DNA of 64,000 nucleotides from Asterias rubens (lineage: Eukaryota). A program made the position numbers and the translations under genes. Location: contig NC_047068.1 in assembly GCF_902459465.1 (NCBI RefSeq), positions 5,270,001 through 5,334,000 on the forward strand, in the 5' to 3' direction. Shown here one piece after another: positions 60,156-64,000 of this stretch. Below the pieces are notes generated by a model. It worked only from the letters and a program-made list of their open reading frames with translations. It did no database searches and had not been told where the DNA came from. Every line of letters begins with the position of its first letter. Positions within the stretch are counted from its first letter, which is position 1.

Positions 60156-61413
60156 TGTTTATTTCCCATCCGGGGGACAGAATCTCCGTGAGACCGATTA
60201 CAGATTTCATTTCCCTAGGACATCGACATTGGCATACAATGTTCAAATCACAACCTGGGCATAAATTTCACCCCGCATTGGTCCAGAGGTATAAACATCA
60301 CACAACCATAAATATGAATCATTCTATTCAAATTCAACTTGAACGAACAGCATGAATATAAACGGAAAGTGGTAGACAGTGCAACAGGCGACTTATTAGG
60401 AGTTGTAGAACGAAAAAGAAAAATCCGTCGGCGGCTCCCTTGGAGGGCTTTAAAAGACAAACACACAACTTTTTCCGTAAATCAAAGGTTTTGCCTTCCT
60501 TTATGAACTAAAAAAATTTCCAATGTTGTTCCCTTGGGGTTGTTGACCTTCCCCCAACCTATAACAAATTGTGAAAAGAAAATGAAATTAAGCTGTCTGA
60601 AAATATTATGTTTGGTTTGTTTTCAAGAAGAGTTTGGGGGTAATTTTATTTGAATATTTTTGAATGTTTTAGCAATATTTACAATGGTGGCTACTGGAGC
60701 TTTGTGGTGCACCCTCCAACAACATGAGTGCGCCCTCTCGTGGTGTGTAAACTATTGTTCTTTGCTTTTATACACACAATACAATCATAGTGTCATGCGT
60801 CAATAAAGAGGAACCCAATTAATTGTTTTTATAAATAAACCAACAAACATTGTCCACTGTTTATCGTCAGTGTTGTCATGTAAACCGAAGTATCCATCGC
60901 AAAGACTTCAACTTCAACAGCAGATTTGGTCTGACATCTGTTAGTTTCAAAATGTTGACACAAACAAAAAATGAGAAAATAGAATTACTGTTGCAAACTG
61001 CTAACCAACCAAAGGGACCTCTAGTATAAATGCAAATAATAGTTAATTTATGTTTCGACCCTGGCAGAGATTTCTCGAAGTCTAAAAATAAACAATGATT
61101 TTTTTAAAGAAATAACCGACTAACAAAAACCGGAACCTGAACATTTGAAAGAATAATTTTGTATTTTTCATTTTGATGCAATTTCACTCAAAGCATTCAC
61201 AACTTCACAACCAGATTTTAAATAAATACCTTTACTTTATTATGTGTGTATTTTACCATCATATTTTTCCAAGTCAAACTCCAATCTGTAGTCAGATTGA
61301 TAAACAAAATAATAGAAACACCGGGCTCCTCCTAGCCAACAGATCAAATCGCCATTGGGGATAAGAATAAACTATTGCTTTTGTAAACTTTTATGTGAAA
61401 CCATAAGTAATAA

Positions 61414-61767
61414 ATCTTGGGGAGTGTTGCCTCTAAAAAGAGCCATTTGGTCTCTCCATCTTGGGGAGTGTTGCCTCTAAAAAGAGCCATTTGGTCTCTC
61501 CATCTTGGGGAGTGTTGCCTCTAAAAAGAGCCATTTGGTCTCTCCATCTTGGGGAGTGTTGCCTCTAAAAAGAGCCATTTGGTCTCTCCATCTTGGGGAG
61601 TGTTGCCTCTAAGAAAAGCCATTTGGTCTCTCCATCTTGGGGAGTGTTGCCTCTAAAAAGAGCCATTTGGTCTCTCCATCTTGGGGAGTGTTGCCTCTAA
61701 AAAGAGCCATTTGGTCTCTCCATCTTGGGGAGTGTTGCCTCTAAAAAGAGCCATTTGGTCTCTCCAT
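61414..61767. repeat. 44-bp minisatellite, 8 copies, inside a decayed hammerhead-family fold-back element (about 61384-61855)
   Basis: Unit TTGGGGAGTGTTGCCTCTAAAAAGAGCCATTTGGTCTCTCCATC; unit and flanks are homologous to 29351-29592. Confidence 0.92.
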
Positions 61768-63359
61768 TTCGTACAGTACTCTCTATCTCTTCTTCAGGAG
61801 AAAGCTCGTCTTCCCTCAAAAGAGAATTATAACATGGTTGTACCCGCAAGTTTACCATTGTTTAAAGTTTTTGATGTCATCCTTCACATGCAGAACCTCA
61901 AACATCACTTATTGTGGATAAGTTCATTTTCGACAAATGGAGATGAGATTCCGTTAGTTATAATTGGCAAAAGACTTTAACATTACGCTAAAATTTGTGC
62001 AACAGCATAATCTAATTGCGTTAAAAAAAAATCGACGTGACGCCTGAGGTAAATGATTGAGGTAAACACTTATCCCGCTTCTTAAAGAAGTCGATTACGA
62101 AAACATTGCAATGTGTCTTCATTGAAGAACTTGAACATGAAATGACAAGAAACTAGAATTCTACTGATTTGCTGACTATAGTTCTTATTAATATCCAGGA
62201 AAATGCCGAGTGAAGTAAGATGTCTATTTCCACATCTTTCAAATCTTGAAATAATATGACATAACCACATAATCAACATGCATTACTGTTCTGAAACTTT
62301 GCATCATGTAAAACCCCAATTCAAGATTACGTTTCTTACAATCCTTGGTATTGAGAAGAATCGGTGGTGAGGTTAGTCTTGACATTATAAACAGTCTTCA
62401 TGAGACAAGTCTGAAATAGACATGAGGGTTGAGGACATTATATACTTCGCAGAAGATATATCAGATTAACAACTCTATATGGTAAAGGTTTTCTCGGAAA
62501 ATTCCAGCAAAAATACATTCAATTTCATAATGCGCATTCAAACTCACACATTTCCCCCATCCACTCAAATTCAGGTTTTTACTCCAATAATGCAATAAAT
62601 TAATTGTTTGTTTTTCGTGCAGACATGATTTCATTTTTCTCATTCAGATTCGCTTCAGTCATTCTTCATTTATATGAATTCCTATAAGAATTCAAAACTT
62701 CAGTTTGATCATTCCCAAATTGAATTTATACGAACTATTTTCACTTGATAATGATGAAATTGAATGGACGACCAGCTCTTGCTGTTGGCATTTTTACGAA
62801 ATTGAATTAGGCTTGCGGCCAAGTGAAATTGAATGACCTTATGTTGACAACTGCTAAATTGGTGAAATTGAATCACTCCTGTTGACTGCTGCAAATTGAT
62901 TCCACGGAGCATTAATTTTCAAACGAAATGAGCCGGGTGATAAACTGAATGAATTTTGGCAATAATTACATCATAGGCAGTACTTGCCTTTTACTTTCTA
63001 GTGACTGGCCAGCAGGACCAGTCAGTTTGTCATATCACTTGTCTGGCAGTTTTGTTTTACTAGTCCATCATTTCATATTTAATAGAGGTGCTTTTCAACG
63101 CTGAACCAGCCAGCCGAACCACCTGGAGTGAATTTTGACTCGACTTGCATTCGGCCAGCAGACCATACGTGAGAATAGCTGCTTACAGATCATTCACAAT
63201 AACTGTTGCAGTGTGCATGTGTAATCAAACTGTTGTGTACGGAAATCAATTTGTGAACTGACGCTCACATTATTTTGTTAACTCATTATAAACGCGGATT
63301 TATCTATTTACAGCACTTGGCTATGTTAGTATATATAGTTTGTTAATTTGATTAATTAA

Positions 63360-64000
63360 CTACACGAATGTGTACTTTCTCTGGTGTAATTTCTTAGGGT
63401 TACACGTCATACCGTCAAGCCAACCTGAGACACCCGATGAGGATTTCAATCTATTGGCACTACGAGCAATCAGTTGCTCAACAGCCATCATATCACTCTT
63501 AGATCTCGTCAAATTAAACAGTTCATTAGTAGTCCTGATTGAATCAGATGCACCTGGTTTATTGACAGAGGTTTTGTGACCATTTAAGCGGTTTCTGGTC
63601 TCGTTTTGCTGAATTACATTCGTGTTTTGGTCCATGATAACGTGGGGAAACTTGCGGTAGTAAAAGTTCCCGTTGTTGGGTTGCAGAGTCGCCTTCTTCG
63701 TGGAGATGATGAGGCGAGAGCTGCCAAGGAGCTGGCCGTTTTCATCACCTGGAGACCAATCCCCTGATCCTGTCTTGGACGTCTTGCCGATATAAGACGA
63801 TGCGTCTAGAGTGGTTTTAGAGCGGGGTGTCAGTAGACTGGTAAGGGGCACGGGTAGATCACAGGATGTCTTCTCTCGTTGCATTACATGAGGATGTTTG
63901 ATGTTTGGAATCTTCGGTAACATGATGGCTTTTTGAAATCGGTTGCGTTGACTACCGGGAATATCCCTGTTGAGCTCACGAATCCCTGGTAGTTTGTCGC
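63360..64000 (-). CDS. 3' part of an uncharacterised disordered protein; frame stays open to the window edge
   Basis: The 25 codons upstream of the ATG at 63923 have no stop (DKLPGIRELNRDIPGSQRNRFQKAI), so the CDS probably starts beyond 64000. Composition resembles the neighbouring orphan ORFs. Confidence 0.7.
   Translation of the reverse strand, partial: DKLPGIRELNRDIPGSQRNRFQKAIMLPKIPNIKHPHVMQREKTSCDLPVPLTSLLTPRSKTTLDASSYIGKTSKTGSGDWSPGDENGQLLGSSRLIISTKKATLQPNNGNFYYRKFPHVIMDQNTNVIQQNETRNRLNGHKTSVNKPGASDSIRTTNELFNLTRSKSDMMAVEQLIARSANRLKSSSGVSGWLDGMTCNPKKLHQRKYTFV

Noticed and set aside
61757-61800. Functional hammerheads at 61.8 kb and 33.05 kb
   Set aside because: At 61.8 kb stem II and the cleavage triplet have decayed; at 33042-33083 stem II cannot pair.

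Overview
AT-rich metazoan genomic DNA with spliceosomal introns, no operons and a dense transposon load. The repeat and gene content suggests a marine invertebrate, probably an echinoderm such as a sea star (inference only). Left part (1-19 kb): a tandemly duplicated unit made of a dispersed-element head, a C-rich 63-bp minisatellite with a telomere-like TAACCC motif, a promoter and a two-exon secreted C-type lectin gene. One lectin copy is intact and two are interrupted by the same insertion. A truncated CR1/L2-type LINE endonuclease joined to a Neptune-like Penelope element lies between the copies. Right part (27-64 kb): six large single-coding-exon ORFs for Ser/Arg/Thr-rich, apparently disordered orphan proteins, spaced about 6-8 kb apart. 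Two share a C-terminal motif, HSVDCPxCxxYxxSxYGxICPPN[TS]P, a third ends in CPPNTP, and five carry LPxI. Also present are about 11 TTAA-flanked Kolobok-like MITEs, Harbinger-like MITEs, a tRNA-derived SINE, a Helentron-like element and a family of fold-back elements carrying minimal Penelope-type hammerhead ribozymes. One ribozyme looks intact, and one element has spawned a 44-bp minisatellite. No database search was possible; all family calls come from motif recognition.
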